A stretch of 64,000 bases of DNA from Eledone cirrhosa (GCA_964016885.1 OZ024746.1:79422001-79486000), one strand, 5' to 3'; positions 1 to 13,071 are shown, counted from the first letter of the stretch. A program made the numbers and translations. Notes: generated by a model not told the origin, from the sequence alone.

Positions 1-1907
1 TATAAATATATCTATATATAAATATTTATATATATATATATGTATGTATATATATATATATGTATGTGTATATATATATATATATAAATATATATAAATA
101 TAGTTATGTAATAAACAACATAAGACAATTATTTCGTTTATATGTATATATATATATACTCACATCGACACGCATCAACATCTCCAACGAAAACATTCTA
201 TTTTGGGATGTCAAACGTCCAAACCCATGTATGCTTGGGGGGGGGGGTGAAAGTATTTACTCATGGACCTTCCATAGTCAACAAAATGTCTCCACATAAG
301 ACCCCCCCCCCCCAGAAAACAACATAGTATGTACCTAAACGAAGCAGTGGTTAAATAAATGGACCCAAACCTTGATTCCCAATAAATTCAACTTAAGAGG
401 TTGACAGAATTCCAGAACTATCTGTTTCATTAATTTCCCCAGGAATATATCGTTTAGAATTCTGTTAAATACGCTTTAGTTGTGTAGGGGTGGCAGAAGA
501 AATCCTTGCAGAAGAATAAGCAGAAAATAAGGTCATCAAAGCAGATTGTTTAGAAGTGTAGGAAATATTTGCGATAATATTATGACATCTATCACAAATC
601 GATTGACTGCTGACAATTGAAGTACTGTATGAACACGCAAGCGGAGCAATGCGCCTGAATAACAATATCGGAGATTTCTTCAAGATAGCAGTTAAAGTTT
701 ATTAAGATAGACTCACTTATTCAGTATTTTTGACATCTTCCAGTGGAAAGATCATACAAGGGATACTATACTCCACGCCACCATTTTAATTGAAGGACGA
801 TATTTTTCAATATTACTGGGAGGCAGTAAATCAGGGCTTCGGGAACAAACAGACTAGAACGAGCGTTAGGAGCCTACGGAATGGAGATCGGCTCAGATAA
901 GAGCAGCATGTTTGCCAGTAGATATAACAAGAATGCAACAGTAAGCATTATGCTGAACAGATAAAACCATAAAATCCACTTTTAACAAGACTGTCAGTTC
1001 AACAAACGAGATAAAAACAAGAATCGGCTTAGTCTCATCAGCCATGACCAAGCTTAATGAAATATAAAAGCAAATCTGTCAGAAGTTGTATCGCCAGGCC
1101 GTTCATTTTTAGATTTTCAAAGGAAAGTACAACTTTTCCACGGTTTAATGTCAAAATGCACATTTGGACTCACCAAATTGAGTAAAGAGCTCTAATTATT
1201 TTTTATGTGGTTGATATTTGGCTCATACAATTTGAGTTGATCGAGAAAGAAAATATGGGTGATATTTCTTCATCTATTTCTATGACCATTAATGTATATA
1301 TGTGTGATATTGACCAGAGATTGGGATTGGTCGAGTGCAAGGCCTTTGCCCACTTAAAAAACCTTCAAAGCACATGCATTGCTTGCTCAGGATCTGTTAC
1401 AGGTTCGTGTTGTTGGCCGTAGCCTAAAATTGCCCCATTTTCTGTAATCTGACAAGCTATTGCAATACTCTTAGCAGAGTTTGTAGTCATCGTGTATGTA
1501 TTTATTATCTATGTATGCTTATATGTATTCATACAACGGCAATTAAATTTTCCGATTACAGAATTAATCAAACTTGCCTTATCGATGGACCACAGGAAAT
1601 TATTACCGTTCTAGATGTTTACGAATGTTTTCAATAATGAAATTACCTGATCTCCAATGCTAAGATATCTTATATCTTATATCTTATGTCTATCCTATCT
1701 TACATTTTTCCTTGCTTGTAACTTTTTTTGCCTGTATTCTTTGCTTGAACCTCTTACATTTCCAACCAGTGTTCCTTGTAATTGTGTTCTCTCAAGCATA
1801 ACATCTTTTTAACTGCTGATTCTATACATAATGTCTATGACACTAACAAAACTTATGTATCTGCCTAAATATTCTGAACGACTAATCATCTGTTTAGACA
1901 TTCCCTA

Positions 1908-1954
1908 TGCTCCGATGATTCCAAACTTCCCTCTGGAAGAAACAATTGTCAGTA
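1908..1954 (+). ncRNA. Type I hammerhead ribozyme motif, U4C core variant (CCGAUGA)
   Basis: tgct-CCGATGA-ttcca(loop)tggaa-GAAA-caattg-TC-agta. Helices I and II and a palindromic helix III are present. Sister copy at 53132-53178. Confidence 0.75.
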
Positions 1955-2021
1955 AATAAATGTATTAAACTAAGATTTGATTGTTTTAACACTTTGTATA
2001 TATATATATAATATATATATA

Positions 2022-2090
<69 letters not shown>

Positions 2091-2337
2091 GTCAGATAAA
2101 GAGATATCATTAAGATGATCATCATATCTATGATAAACCTTATTATCATATTCATCTTCATTGCTATCATCACCATCATGATGTTCATTCTTATTATGCG
2201 TCCACTGTGTTGTTTAGAAAATGTAGATATTAAGATAAATTAAATATAAAAAAGCAGAGATAATTTTAGAAATATTAAGGGAGAACACGAAGACTATAGT
2301 CTCGAGTAAAGCAAAACAATATCAATAATATATGCAG

Positions 2338-2650
<313 letters not shown>

Positions 2651-2800
2651 ATATATATATATATATGAGTGCTTGTGGGTTCAGGAATATAAACACCTGC
2701 TATTGAGAAATATGACTAACCCTTGTACACATTTCCTTTTGACACCATATATATATATAAATAAATAAGTAAATAAATAAATAAATACACACACACACAC

Positions 2801-2866
<66 letters not shown>

Positions 2867-4050
2867 GTATGTATGTATATAAAAGCTACGAAATTACAAG
2901 TCACCAAATATGTGTTTATATATATATGTGGCTGTGCGTATATATGTAAATATATATATATATATATATATATGCCTTTATGTCGATATTGTAATGATAT
3001 TCATTCACAAACACACACAATCACACACTAACAGACAGATGTACACAATCATCTAACACACACAATGAGTGGGAAAACATTTTCTCCATACATATATATA
3101 TGTTTTGTTACTAAATTCCTTCCCCTTGGTTTTCTAAACCTTGTTATAAAATGCAACTTTTGACGTTTCAGAAATCTGTCTCCCACAAAAGAGAAAAAAA
3201 AAACAAAAAAAAAAACAGGAAAATGGAGAGAAATTCGTTTTACTAAATTATAAAATAATTTCAGTTTGTTGCGAAGGTACATGTTTTAGTGGTTTATTGA
3301 TTAAAGTTTCCGACTCACAATCGCAAGATTGTCGGTTCGATTCTAAGCAACGTGGCTTAGAAGTTGGATTCTTCGGCACCCGATACCATCTGACGGTTTT
3401 CCAAACTGCTTCTGTCCAACCATTTTCCGTCTACTCGATTTCACTCATAAGGCATGAGTCAATCCGTGCTTATGGTAAATGACACTCACCCAAGATGCCA
3501 CGCTGTGATATTGAACCTGTGATCTAATAATTGCGAAGCGAACTCCTTAACAATTTGGTCGTGTTGCGAGTGAGTACTAAGCAAATGACTCGTATTGGAA
3601 AGATCATTTCATAAATCATTGGTGATATTTAAACTAAATTAAATATTCAATATATTTTGTTTAATACGTATTTTAAACGATCGATTAATTTTATTTCAAT
3701 GTCATTTTATATACATTGTATAATTAAATTTAATTGATAAGCTTATTTAATCAATTAAGCAGAAAAATAACATTATTTGTGAATATTCTGTCTATGTCAT
3801 TGACTTTCTTTGACTTCATAACATTAACTACAGTTGAATGGCTACGGTAATTGTTCAAAACCATTACAAGCATTTTGTTGCGTATTTCCACAAAATACTC
3901 TTAAATCTACATGCTTCATTTCAACGAACAGTCAACAATAGGAATTGCATCACTATATACTATTACCTACCCAACCGAGCGAATATTTAGGTCGTTGCTC
4001 TTTCTACAAGAAATTGCAGCCAAATCTAACTGATGATATATATATATCAT

Positions 4051-4097
<47 letters not shown>

Positions 4098-4115
4098 ATA
4101 TATATATATATATAT

Positions 4116-4648
4116 AGTTTTAATATAGATGAGATTCTACAGGACTAGAACTGTTTCATTCATTAGAAATCATCAGGAATCTGGGTATCAAAAAATACAT
4201 ATGGTATTTATAGGTCTCTACAAGTGGTAGGAGAGGGTGGGGAGTGGGATGGGTGCAGGTCATTGGTTGATAGAGAAGGGAATTCATTAAAAGCTAATTC
4301 TACATAGCTATAGTTAATTTATATTTATTTATGTTTTTAGAGTAACAAAGGCAGACAGAATTCTATAAACAGGTTCCGGATGGCATACCATTCCTTGTCA
4401 ATAAGTTTCTCTTAAGCTAGCAGATGTCTATAAAATCAGTAGGGGGTCATTCATGCTCGATAGAATTAAAGAAAAGGGAGATTCTTTAAAAGCTAAAGTC
4501 ATTAAGGTTCTGCTAAGTGACAAAGGTCTAGGGAATTCTGCAGACAGATTCAAAATACTGAGTGCATATCTTACTATTATCTTCGAACTTCTCTTAAACT
4601 AATCAACAATATGCCAAATCAACAGACACCGATTCAACCCGGAATAAC

Positions 4649-4649
<1 letters not shown>
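4116..4649 (-). mobile_element. Penelope-like element (PLE) 3'-end fragment between (TA)n tracts, with inverted terminal piece
   Basis: HHR on the minus strand at 4132-4182. The right end ccgattcaacccggaataac is the family terminus (cf. 61650-61675) in the opposite orientation. Confidence 0.65.
4132..4182 (-). ncRNA. Type I hammerhead ribozyme motif
   Basis: Reverse complement reads agattc-CTGATGA-tttctaatgaat-GAAA-cag(ttctagtc)ctg-TA-gaatct. Confidence 0.8.
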
Positions 4650-4720
<71 letters not shown>

Positions 4721-4892
4721 TGATATCTATATCTATATCTATCTATCTATATATATATATTATTTTTATATCTTGTTATTGCATCCTCCTTATTGAGGAT
4801 GCCTTTTTATGTAAACTCCCCCATTGTACTTGTCCCACTTTTTGATGCCCTGGTGGCAAATAAAAAGAAAGTTATATATATTTATATATATA

Positions 4893-5244
4893 TACACAGA
4901 TAAATCCACCAATTAATGCTAGGGTCTAAGCCGTATGAAGAACTCAATATAATCAGTATGTAGAAGATGTCGTGAAGCAAAGTTTAAAATACATAATTTC
5001 AACGATATAATTCATTGGATACAGAGTCAAAAATACAAATAGTGAAAACAATGAAATTAAACAAGAAACGGTTAATTCTGAAGACGTATGTATATTTCCT
5101 TACTATGATAATTTGTAATATATTTTACATAGATCAATAATAGAATGGACATACGGAGAACTACCCCCCAGAAACGATCGTAAAATAATGAGTTTTACTA
5201 TGAATTAACCGTTTTTTGTTTAATTTCGATTTTTTCACTATTTG

Positions 5245-5245
<1 letters not shown>
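4893..5245. mobile_element. Fold-back PLE-type insert with HHR-like core between inverted arms
   Basis: Arms 5035-5078 and 5202-5245 are reverse complements. CTGAAGA at 5078 and GAAAcgatcgTA at 5171. TA tracts lie on both sides. Confidence 0.6.
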
Positions 5246-5275
<30 letters not shown>

Positions 5276-5801
5276 ATATTCATATTTACATTAAGAACTG
5301 CGCTATCAGCAGATGTGTACGATTAAAATATTTCTGTATACATACAGCGTGGGCGACCGAGACTGCGCCAATGTATTTATGAATATACACATATTCAATA
5401 TGTAGGCATGTAAACGTGACAGAAAATACGAATTTCCTTGTATTTTGAAAAAAATGATAAATACATTTAATCAATTCTCAGATCTAGTTGGACCCTCATC
5501 AGAGGGCGTGTATATCCTCACAAAAAAAAAAAAAAACACAAAAGGAAACACGCATTTGATGGGCTTCTTTCCCGTTGCGCTCTTAGTATTAACACCGAAT
5601 ATTTCACTTTCTGACTATTTTTAGAGGGAAAACAATAGATAATAATAAAATGACGAAATGATTACACGTTACAGAAAAGATCTTTTTCATACGTGTAATT
5701 CGTGAAATAGTTTCAGCTAGATATATATTACATGCCGTGTGATTGTACGTCTGAAGTATATATTAATATACTCGTCTAAATAGATATATAGATAGATACA
5801 C

Positions 5802-5939
<138 letters not shown>

Positions 5940-6106
5940 GGAGTGTTTGAGGACTCTGCCCCCATGACCCTCTCAGGCAAAAGTGGACAACGAAGAAGAA
6001 GAAGAAGAAGAAGAAGAAGAAGAAGAAGAAGAAGAATATACATATATATAAAGAGAGAGTGAGAAAGAGAGAGAGAAAGAGAGAGAGAAAGAGAAAGAGA
6101 GAGAGC

Positions 6107-6159
<53 letters not shown>

Positions 6160-6277
6160 AGAGAGATTGGTTGATTGACATATTGATTGATAGATAGTCA
6201 GACAGACAGTTCCGTCTAGAACTTGAACCGTTAAGGTCTGATTCCCGGTTATATCACTATTTATAAAACAAACTTTG

Positions 6278-6338
6278 TATTTTATCTGATGAGTGCGTAC
6301 CAAGGTTTTGGTACCATTGAAATATATATAATAGAATA
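6278..6338 (+). ncRNA. Type I hammerhead ribozyme motif
   Basis: tattttat-CTGATGA-gtgcgtaccaa(ggtt)ttggtaccatt-GAAA-tatata-TA-atagaata. Confidence 0.75.
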
Positions 6339-6574
6339 AATATGGTTTTATAAATATAGTTTCCATTTATAATATATAATATAATTGATATTATACTCCA
6401 GAAAACTTGTCGAGTGCTTCGAATCTGTTATAAATATATTTGTTGAATTACCAACTAATTAAATATCCCTTTGCTTATATATATATATCGATCGACTTTC
6501 GTCAAATTGGACCGAGGAAACAATGTTTTCGTCGGTATTTCCAATTGCTAATACTATCTATCGGTCGCAACTCC

Positions 6575-6660
6575 AGGTAGAAAGAACAACGTGAAATAAA
6601 GTTTCTTGCTCAAGGACATAACGCATCGCCCGGTCCAGGAATCGAACTCACAACCCCAAG
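6575..6660 (-). mobile_element. tRNA-derived SINE 5' fragment
   Basis: Reverse complement has box B gagttcgattcc followed by gtccttgagcaagaaactttatttcacgttg. Similar to the SINE at 56413. Confidence 0.65.
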
Positions 6661-6708
6661 AATGTGATTCCAATTCTCTAAAAATATATATATATATTTA
6701 TTTGGTTC

Positions 6709-6744
6709 CTTTACCGGTTTCGCAGTTTTTCTGCTTTTCAAAAG
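6709..6744 (-). ncRNA. Minimal HHR, C3U/G8A variant (family A)
   Basis: Reverse complement of the motif at 6895-6930. Confidence 0.7.
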
Positions 6745-6776
6745 TAGAGTGGAGATGAACCGTCTGTGGTTTTTCT

Positions 6777-6859
<83 letters not shown>

Positions 6860-6862
<3 letters not shown>

Positions 6863-7070
6863 AGAAAAACCACAGACACTCCATCTCCACTCTACTTTTG
6901 AGAAGCAGAAGAACTGCGAAACCGGTAAAGGAACCAAATAAATATATATATATTTTTTTAAATAAGACTCCAGTTGCATTTTCGATTACATCTTTTTTTC
7001 TTTATACTTTCACTCGTGTAGGACACCTCGGTTATTTTTCATTTTGTAAAAAATAAACTCACTTTCTAAT
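6860..7070 (+). mobile_element. Family A non-autonomous PLE-type element with HHR
   Basis: The same sequence recurs at 6675-6780 (-), 14173-14325, 19220-19635 (fold-back) and 63340-63460. It usually abuts (TA)n/(GA)n. Confidence 0.75.
6895..6930 (+). ncRNA. Minimal HHR, C3U/G8A variant (UUGAGAA)
   Basis: ctt-TTGAGAA-gcag(aagaa)ctgc-GAAA-ccgg-TA-aag. Also at 19532-19567 and 63377-63412. Confidence 0.8.
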
Positions 7071-7074
7071 ATAT

Positions 7075-7243
7075 AGAGGGTTGGACGCCATGCTTTCTAG
7101 CATAGTTACGTCCCTTTACAGTCTGAGTTCAAATCCCGCCGAGGTTAACTTTGCCTTTCATCCTTACGGGGTCGATAAAATAAAGTACCAGTAATACACT
7201 GGGTAATTGGTGGCCTTGTGCCAAAAGTAGAAACAATTGTTAT

Positions 7244-7247
<4 letters not shown>
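7075..7247 (+). mobile_element. Abundant SINE (family S1), 5'-truncated
   Basis: Box B gagttcaaatccc, core gaggttaactttgcctttcatccttacggggtcgataaaataaagtacc, and (ATT)n tail. More than 15 copies in the window. Confidence 0.85.
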
Positions 7248-7304
<57 letters not shown>

Positions 7305-7317
7305 TAATATATATATA

Positions 7318-7482
7318 TGAAAAAGAAGGACCCCCACGGCAAAGCTCAAGCCATTTCGACAGCTATTTCTGGACCAGAAATAGCCGTCGGGGTCATACTT
7401 TTTCCTATTTCCCACTCTACTACCCTAAGTATTGAGTACTCTGGTGCGTTTTGGTCCATCTGTTTCCTTACTACAATTCCTT

Positions 7483-7489
<7 letters not shown>
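7318..7489 (+). mobile_element. Family B fold-back PLE terminus
   Basis: Inverted about ctatttctgg-a-ccagaaatag. The tail cccactctactaccctaagtattgagtactctgg is shared with 14338, 17997, 26348 and 42818. Confidence 0.75.
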
Positions 7490-7529
<40 letters not shown>

Positions 7530-7564
7530 TCTGCGTCTTCTTATATATATATATATATATATAT

Positions 7565-8135
7565 ATTTCGTTTCTGAATTTGTTTAGCAAGATTCTTTAT
7601 CTGAAATCGTGTGTTGAAACCGATATTGTTATACTTTGGGAGGGTCATGTTGCCAATAAGAAACACACGCACCAGTTGCTTTCACTTCAATTTAATTTAA
7701 TATATATTTATAAATTTACAAATTTATAAATTTCTGGTTGGTTGGTTGGTTCCACAACCAGATAGTTGTTTATATATATATATAGTCATAGTTCTTTCGT
7801 CACACACTCTGTGACCTCTTCAGTGACTGGGGATTTCTTTCTTCGTTTCTGTGCCTTTCCTTTCTTCTATCCTACGCCATTTTAAAAATGGCGTAGGATA
7901 GAAGAAAGGAAAGGCATAGAAACGAAGAAAGAAATCCCCAGTCACTGAAGAGGTCACAGAGTGTGTGACGAAAGAACTATGACTATATATATATAAACAA
8001 CTATCTGGTTGTGGAACCAACCAACCAACCAGAAATTTATAAATTTGTAAATTTATAAATATATATTAAATTAAATTGAAGTGAAAGCAACTGGTGCGTG
8101 TGTTTCTTATTGGCAACATGACCCTCCCAAAGTAT

Positions 8136-8143
<8 letters not shown>
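7565..8143. mobile_element. Fold-back insert: about 260-bp near-perfect palindromic arms (7623-8143) plus about 60-bp tail
   Basis: Centre cgccatttt/aaaaatggcg at about 7884. One HHR per arm. TA tracts on both sides. Confidence 0.85.
7940..7984 (+). ncRNA. Type I hammerhead ribozyme motif (mirror copy 7784-7828 on minus)
   Basis: agtca-CTGAAGA-g-gtcaca(gagtg)tgtgac-GAAA-gaac-TA-tgact. Confidence 0.8.
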
Positions 8144-8178
<35 letters not shown>

Positions 8179-8246
8179 AGCGTGAACCTAATAAACTTTT
8201 ATTTGTCTGCCTCTCTGTTTTCGTTCCCGTCCTATTTTTCACTATA

Positions 8247-8306
<60 letters not shown>

Positions 8307-8834
8307 TATATATGTATATTCTTCTGTTTCTTCTTATATATATATAAAAAGAGAGAGAGAGAGAGAGAGAGAGAGTGAGTGAGTGAGTGAGATTCAGCTA
8401 TCAAAAGCATACATATACTTATTACATTTAATACAGTCAGGATTATAGTGATAAGAACGGTTAGGCAACGTTGTGGAATATTTAAAACAGCTGGCAATTC
8501 AGTGTCTTCTTGTTATAGTATTAGCTTGAACTGAAATTAGGAAAGACGCGGGGAGAATGTTTATATAGTCAGAAATGTGACTCACGAGAATTTATCAGAA
8601 GACTTAGTTTTGAAGATAGTGCAAGTAATTTTGTATTGTTATAAAATATGGTATTACATAAAGAAAGCAATTATATACAGTTGATATACAAACTTGGAAT
8701 TGTATAATAATCTCGATGTATTGCATTAACAGCGAAGGAAAGGGATTATTGTTTGCATAATCCCATTTTTCCAGATCATTCTTGATACAAATAATATGTA
8801 AAACTATTAAATGCTCGTAACAGCGATAATAAAA

Positions 8835-9157
8835 ATTGTTTATACTTTTGGCACAAGGCCAGCAATTACGCCAGTGCATTACTGGTACTTTATTTTATCG
8901 AAACCGTAGGAATGAAAGGCAAAGTTAACCACGGCGGGATTTGAACTAAGAACGTAAAGGGCCATAACTCTATGCTACGATAATAATAATAATAATAATA
9001 GTATTTTCTTATATAAGCACAAGGCCAGAAATTTTAGGGGCGGGGAGAGTGGTTTAAATCGACCTCAGTGCATTACTGGTACTTTATTTTATCGACCCCC
9101 GTAAGGATGAAAGGTAAAGCTAACCACGGCGGGATTTGAAGTCAGAACGTAAAGGGT
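8835..9157 (-). mobile_element. Two S1 SINE fragments
   Basis: Reverse complement of the S1 core occurs twice, separated by (AAT)n. Confidence 0.8.
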
Positions 9158-9164
9158 TAGTGTA

Positions 9165-9315
9165 ATTATTGGTGGTGTAGTTGGTATTGGTTGTGGCCGG
9201 TGGCGGTTGTGGTAGTGGTGTTGTTAATGGTGGCGGTAGTGGTGATAGTAGTAGTAGTAGTGGTGGTGCTGTTGGTAGTAGGTGTTGGATGCTGGAGTGG
9301 TGGTGACTGTGATAA

Positions 9316-9384
<69 letters not shown>

Positions 9385-9390
9385 CAGTAA

Positions 9391-9441
<51 letters not shown>

Positions 9442-9612
9442 CTGCAGCAGCAGTAGCAGAATGCTGCGAAGACGAGTAATCTTAAAAATGCAACAGAAAA
9501 GAAGAAGAAGAAGAAGAAGAAGAAGAAGAAGAAGAAGAACAACAACAACAACAACAACAACAAAAATAACAACAGCAACAGAAAAAACACAACAACAACA
9601 ACAACAACAACA
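9165..9612. repeat. Compound trinucleotide microsatellite (GTG/GTA/GAA/CAA)
   Basis: Visible directly. Confidence 0.95.
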
Positions 9613-9947
9613 GAAACACGAGTGCGTAGATCCATTTATCTTTCCAACACACATCTATGATTAGATCTCAATTATGTCGAATTGTTTAGAATTCTAGAAA
9701 TTGCTACCTAGATAGAGAGTGGTGATATAAATCAAGTATTGAAGTACGGGCGGTGCTGTAGTGATATATGAGGAGTGTGTTGGGGTTGGCTACGAGTCTA
9801 ACTGACTTGGCTATAGTGGTGGCATCTATCTATAACTGCTGATTTATTCCGAAAGGCCAGTGATCTGCCATTTGGGTGAAACCAGTTCTGATATAAAATA
9901 CGACCGGAATTGTTGTTCTAAAAAGATTTATTCGAAAGAATGAATAC

Positions 9948-10048
9948 CTCAAGGGTCAGTGTTTGACCTTTTACTGACCAGAGGTTATGTATTAGTTTGT
10001 GATCATTACTGAACTTTTTACACAAAATCTGGTTTTTATTTCCGTGAT
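9948..10048 (-). CDS. Possible 101-nt internal exon of an unidentified gene
   Basis: Pyrimidine-rich ...ttatttcttcAG acceptor and GAG|GTATTC donor. One open frame (HGNKNQILCKKFSNDHKLIHNLWSVKGQTLTLE). No homology recognised. Confidence 0.22.
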
Positions 10049-11564
10049 CTGAAGAAATAATGCAGAAGAAAGTGTCATGTTTAGTAAGAAAAAAAAAAAT
10101 CAATAAAATAAAATAATATAATAAAATAAAAAAGAATCAATAAAAAATAATGAGAGAAACACCTGTAAGAAATTTGAACCCACATCCTTGTTCAGTCGAC
10201 CATTTCATTTTTCACAAGCTCGATTACATATATATTCTTTAGTTTTCATTTCAATGATGAAGTGATATTGTTGATGTTGATTAACCCTAGACTGGCTCTT
10301 TTAGGGTAGGCCAGGCATGTAATCAAAGGTCTTCCAGTCATGACAATCCCGTTGATTTTCTTGGAATTTACTATCAGACATAGACTCCCTAATAGCGATG
10401 TATATGGAAACATACATGTTATATTTATGTATAATGATCATATGAGAATCTCGCTATGAATGTTTTAAGCAGTGATTATATTACAGCTATCCTGGTAGTG
10501 AGATTGGAGTAGGCTAAATCCAATATGGTTTTTGCATATGAAACATCGATTGAAGATGCCCAATTGCATATAGTGCCAACTTGACAGACTAGAAATAATT
10601 GGCAGTAGCACTAACAAAGCGTTGTTCATAATAGGGTTGTATATTAAAGCATATACGATATGTTTATGCATAATAAACAGTGCATAATCGAACGTGTTCA
10701 TGGTATGACTGAGTGATTGAAAAGGTTAACTCGGAATGGCGCAGTACCAGGTTCCAGATTCGTTCCTATTCCATGACATCTTTTAACATAACATTGAGTC
10801 GATGGAAGCCTGTAAGTAAAATTGAAAAATAGGCTAGATGGAAACTGTATGGAAGCCCACAAGATGCAAATCAAAAGTTCAGCTTATCACTTCACTGTAA
10901 CATTCGGATACTGCCAGGAAAATTATTTAAGTATCCACGTTTCTGAAGAATAGGCATTCAATTAGACATAAATTTAACAAGTAGAACGTTTATTTTCATG
11001 ATCATCGTTGATTCGACAGATGAATCATTACATAATACAATATGCTATTTGGAAGAGGGAAGAGGGGCGGGTACAATATTTGATTCAATGGATTTAGTTG
11101 CTGTTTCTAGCAGATTAACAGGCCAAAAGATATGTTTTTTCCCGGCTTGTAAACTTGTTTACCCGTTTTATTTAACAGAACTGTTCAGCAGAATTCATAC
11201 ATTTATTAACGCCTTAGAGAAATTATCCTTAAGTATCATTCGCCTTAATATTACACTAAAATGTAAGCTCATGATTCGAATGTTTTGATTAGAGCAAAAC
11301 AACAAGGATATCAACATAATATAGAGTGTAGGGTGTTGCAAAATTCCAGTTTATTCCGATTATCCAGTTTAGGCAAGTGATGTTTAAAATAAATCTGAAA
11401 ATGCATTCATGGGAGAAAAGACCCGCATTAAGAGTTAGAAGAGCATCTCGCATGTAAAGCCTACAGCTGAAATCGACGGAGTTGTTTCGATCTTATTTGA
11501 TCTCTTTATCAAATTATATTCACTTTAGCCAGGCATAGAAATCATGAAGTATATATATATATAT

Positions 11565-12210
11565 CAATATATATAAAAAAAGAAAATTTCGCTCTACATG
11601 GCTGAATACAATAAATGTAATCTGAGTTTTTCGAATATTAATAATTGTTTCTACTTTTGGCACAAGGCCAGCAATATTAATAATAACATTCGATTCGTTT
11701 GCAATTATGCAAACAAGCCTCATTTTTATAGCCATGTCAGTAGCCATTATTTGAATTTGGCAAAACTGGCCATATATCGCTCGTATACAAGAACTGGCCA
11801 AGATACTGGCCAGTCTGCTGATATGCAAATCTGGCTGATCAGTGGATCTGCTAATATGCAGATCTGACTGATCAGCCAGTCTGCTAATATGCAAATCAGG
11901 CCGATCAGTCACTGTGTATTTTTGAAAATAGCATATATTTTCACTAGCTCTGACAGTTTGGCAGGTGAACAGTGAGCTGTACTGATGAAGGGTGATACCC
12001 AGAAACATTAGTGACTGCAGTTCTGTTCGCAACCCAACATAAGAGCAAGAATGAAGTGTTCTACTGACATGGCTATAAAATTGAGGCTTGTTTGCATAAT
12101 TGCAAACGAATCGAATGTTATTATTACAGTAATGTACTGGGTAATTGCTGGCCTTGTGCCTAAAGTAGAAACAATTATTAATATTCGAAAAATCCAGATT
12201 ACATTTATTA
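11565..12210. mobile_element. Fold-back PLE-type insert with inverted arms 11610-11743 / 12061-12209
   Basis: Arms are reverse-complementary. The spacer has a 33-bp repeat x3 (11813-11910) and an HHR-like motif. Confidence 0.75.
11967..12028 (+). ncRNA. HHR-like motif, cleavage triplet mutated
   Basis: gaacagtgagctgta-CTGATGA-a-gggt(gat)accc-a-GAAA-cattagtg-AC-tgcagttctgttc. Confidence 0.6.
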
Positions 12211-12271
12211 TATATACTTTATTATAGTTTTTATATATATATGGAAACAGTCACTGTTTATATATATATAA

Positions 12272-12326
<55 letters not shown>

Positions 12327-12514
12327 TGGAAACAGTCACCGTTTATATATATATATATATATATAAATTGGTATAATACTTAAGTATATCCTAATGTTTG
12401 TTGAGTGAGATGGAGTTGGTCGGAGTATCGCTTAAGGTTTTCTCTGTTTATGTATTGAATATATATATATATATGGTAACAGTCACTGTTTATATATTTA
12501 TATATATATATATA

Positions 12515-12924
12515 TTAGGGTCGCCCTTATTTTTCAATTTTCTAAAATTTTAGCTCCCACCCCTCTATCCTGCTTCAATTACCAGAAAAAACAACAACAA
12601 AAGAAAAACCTAATCTATGCGAAATTTTACCTCAAGGGACAACTCCAAGGCGATCCTCATCGACCGTGAAATTTTGAAGTTTTCGCCCCGAAAGTCATTT
12701 TTTTCACATAACATTTTTTTTATCTCTTATATAATTTTCTCTTAAATTAAAAACTCGTTCAGACTTATTCTTGGTATTAGAAGGATATGTGACAATACAT
12801 ATAATGGGGAAGTCAACAGGCAAAGCTGGGGACAGAGCGCAGGTATAGAGCAAACCCCTATTTTTTGCTGTGGGAGCAGCAAATTCTAACTTTCTAAATT
12901 ACCTATTGCTAACGGCCACCCTAA
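12515..12924. mobile_element. Tc1/mariner-type MITE
   Basis: TIRs ttagggtcgcc / ggccaccctaa with TA on both flanks. Subterminal inverted gctcccac / gtgggagc. No ORF. Confidence 0.65.
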
Positions 12925-12980
12925 TATACATATATCCGTATGTGATTGAGAGCTGAGAAAAATGAGTACGCGGTATTGAG

Positions 12981-13071
<91 letters not shown>

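Noticed and set aside
160-1430. Ancient LINE remnant on minus (VFVGDVDA resembles the APE GDFN motif)
   Set aside because: Only a single weak motif with many stops, which is not enough to annotate.
5485-5510. HHR on minus (ctgatgagggtcc)
   Set aside because: No properly placed GAAA or helix III found.
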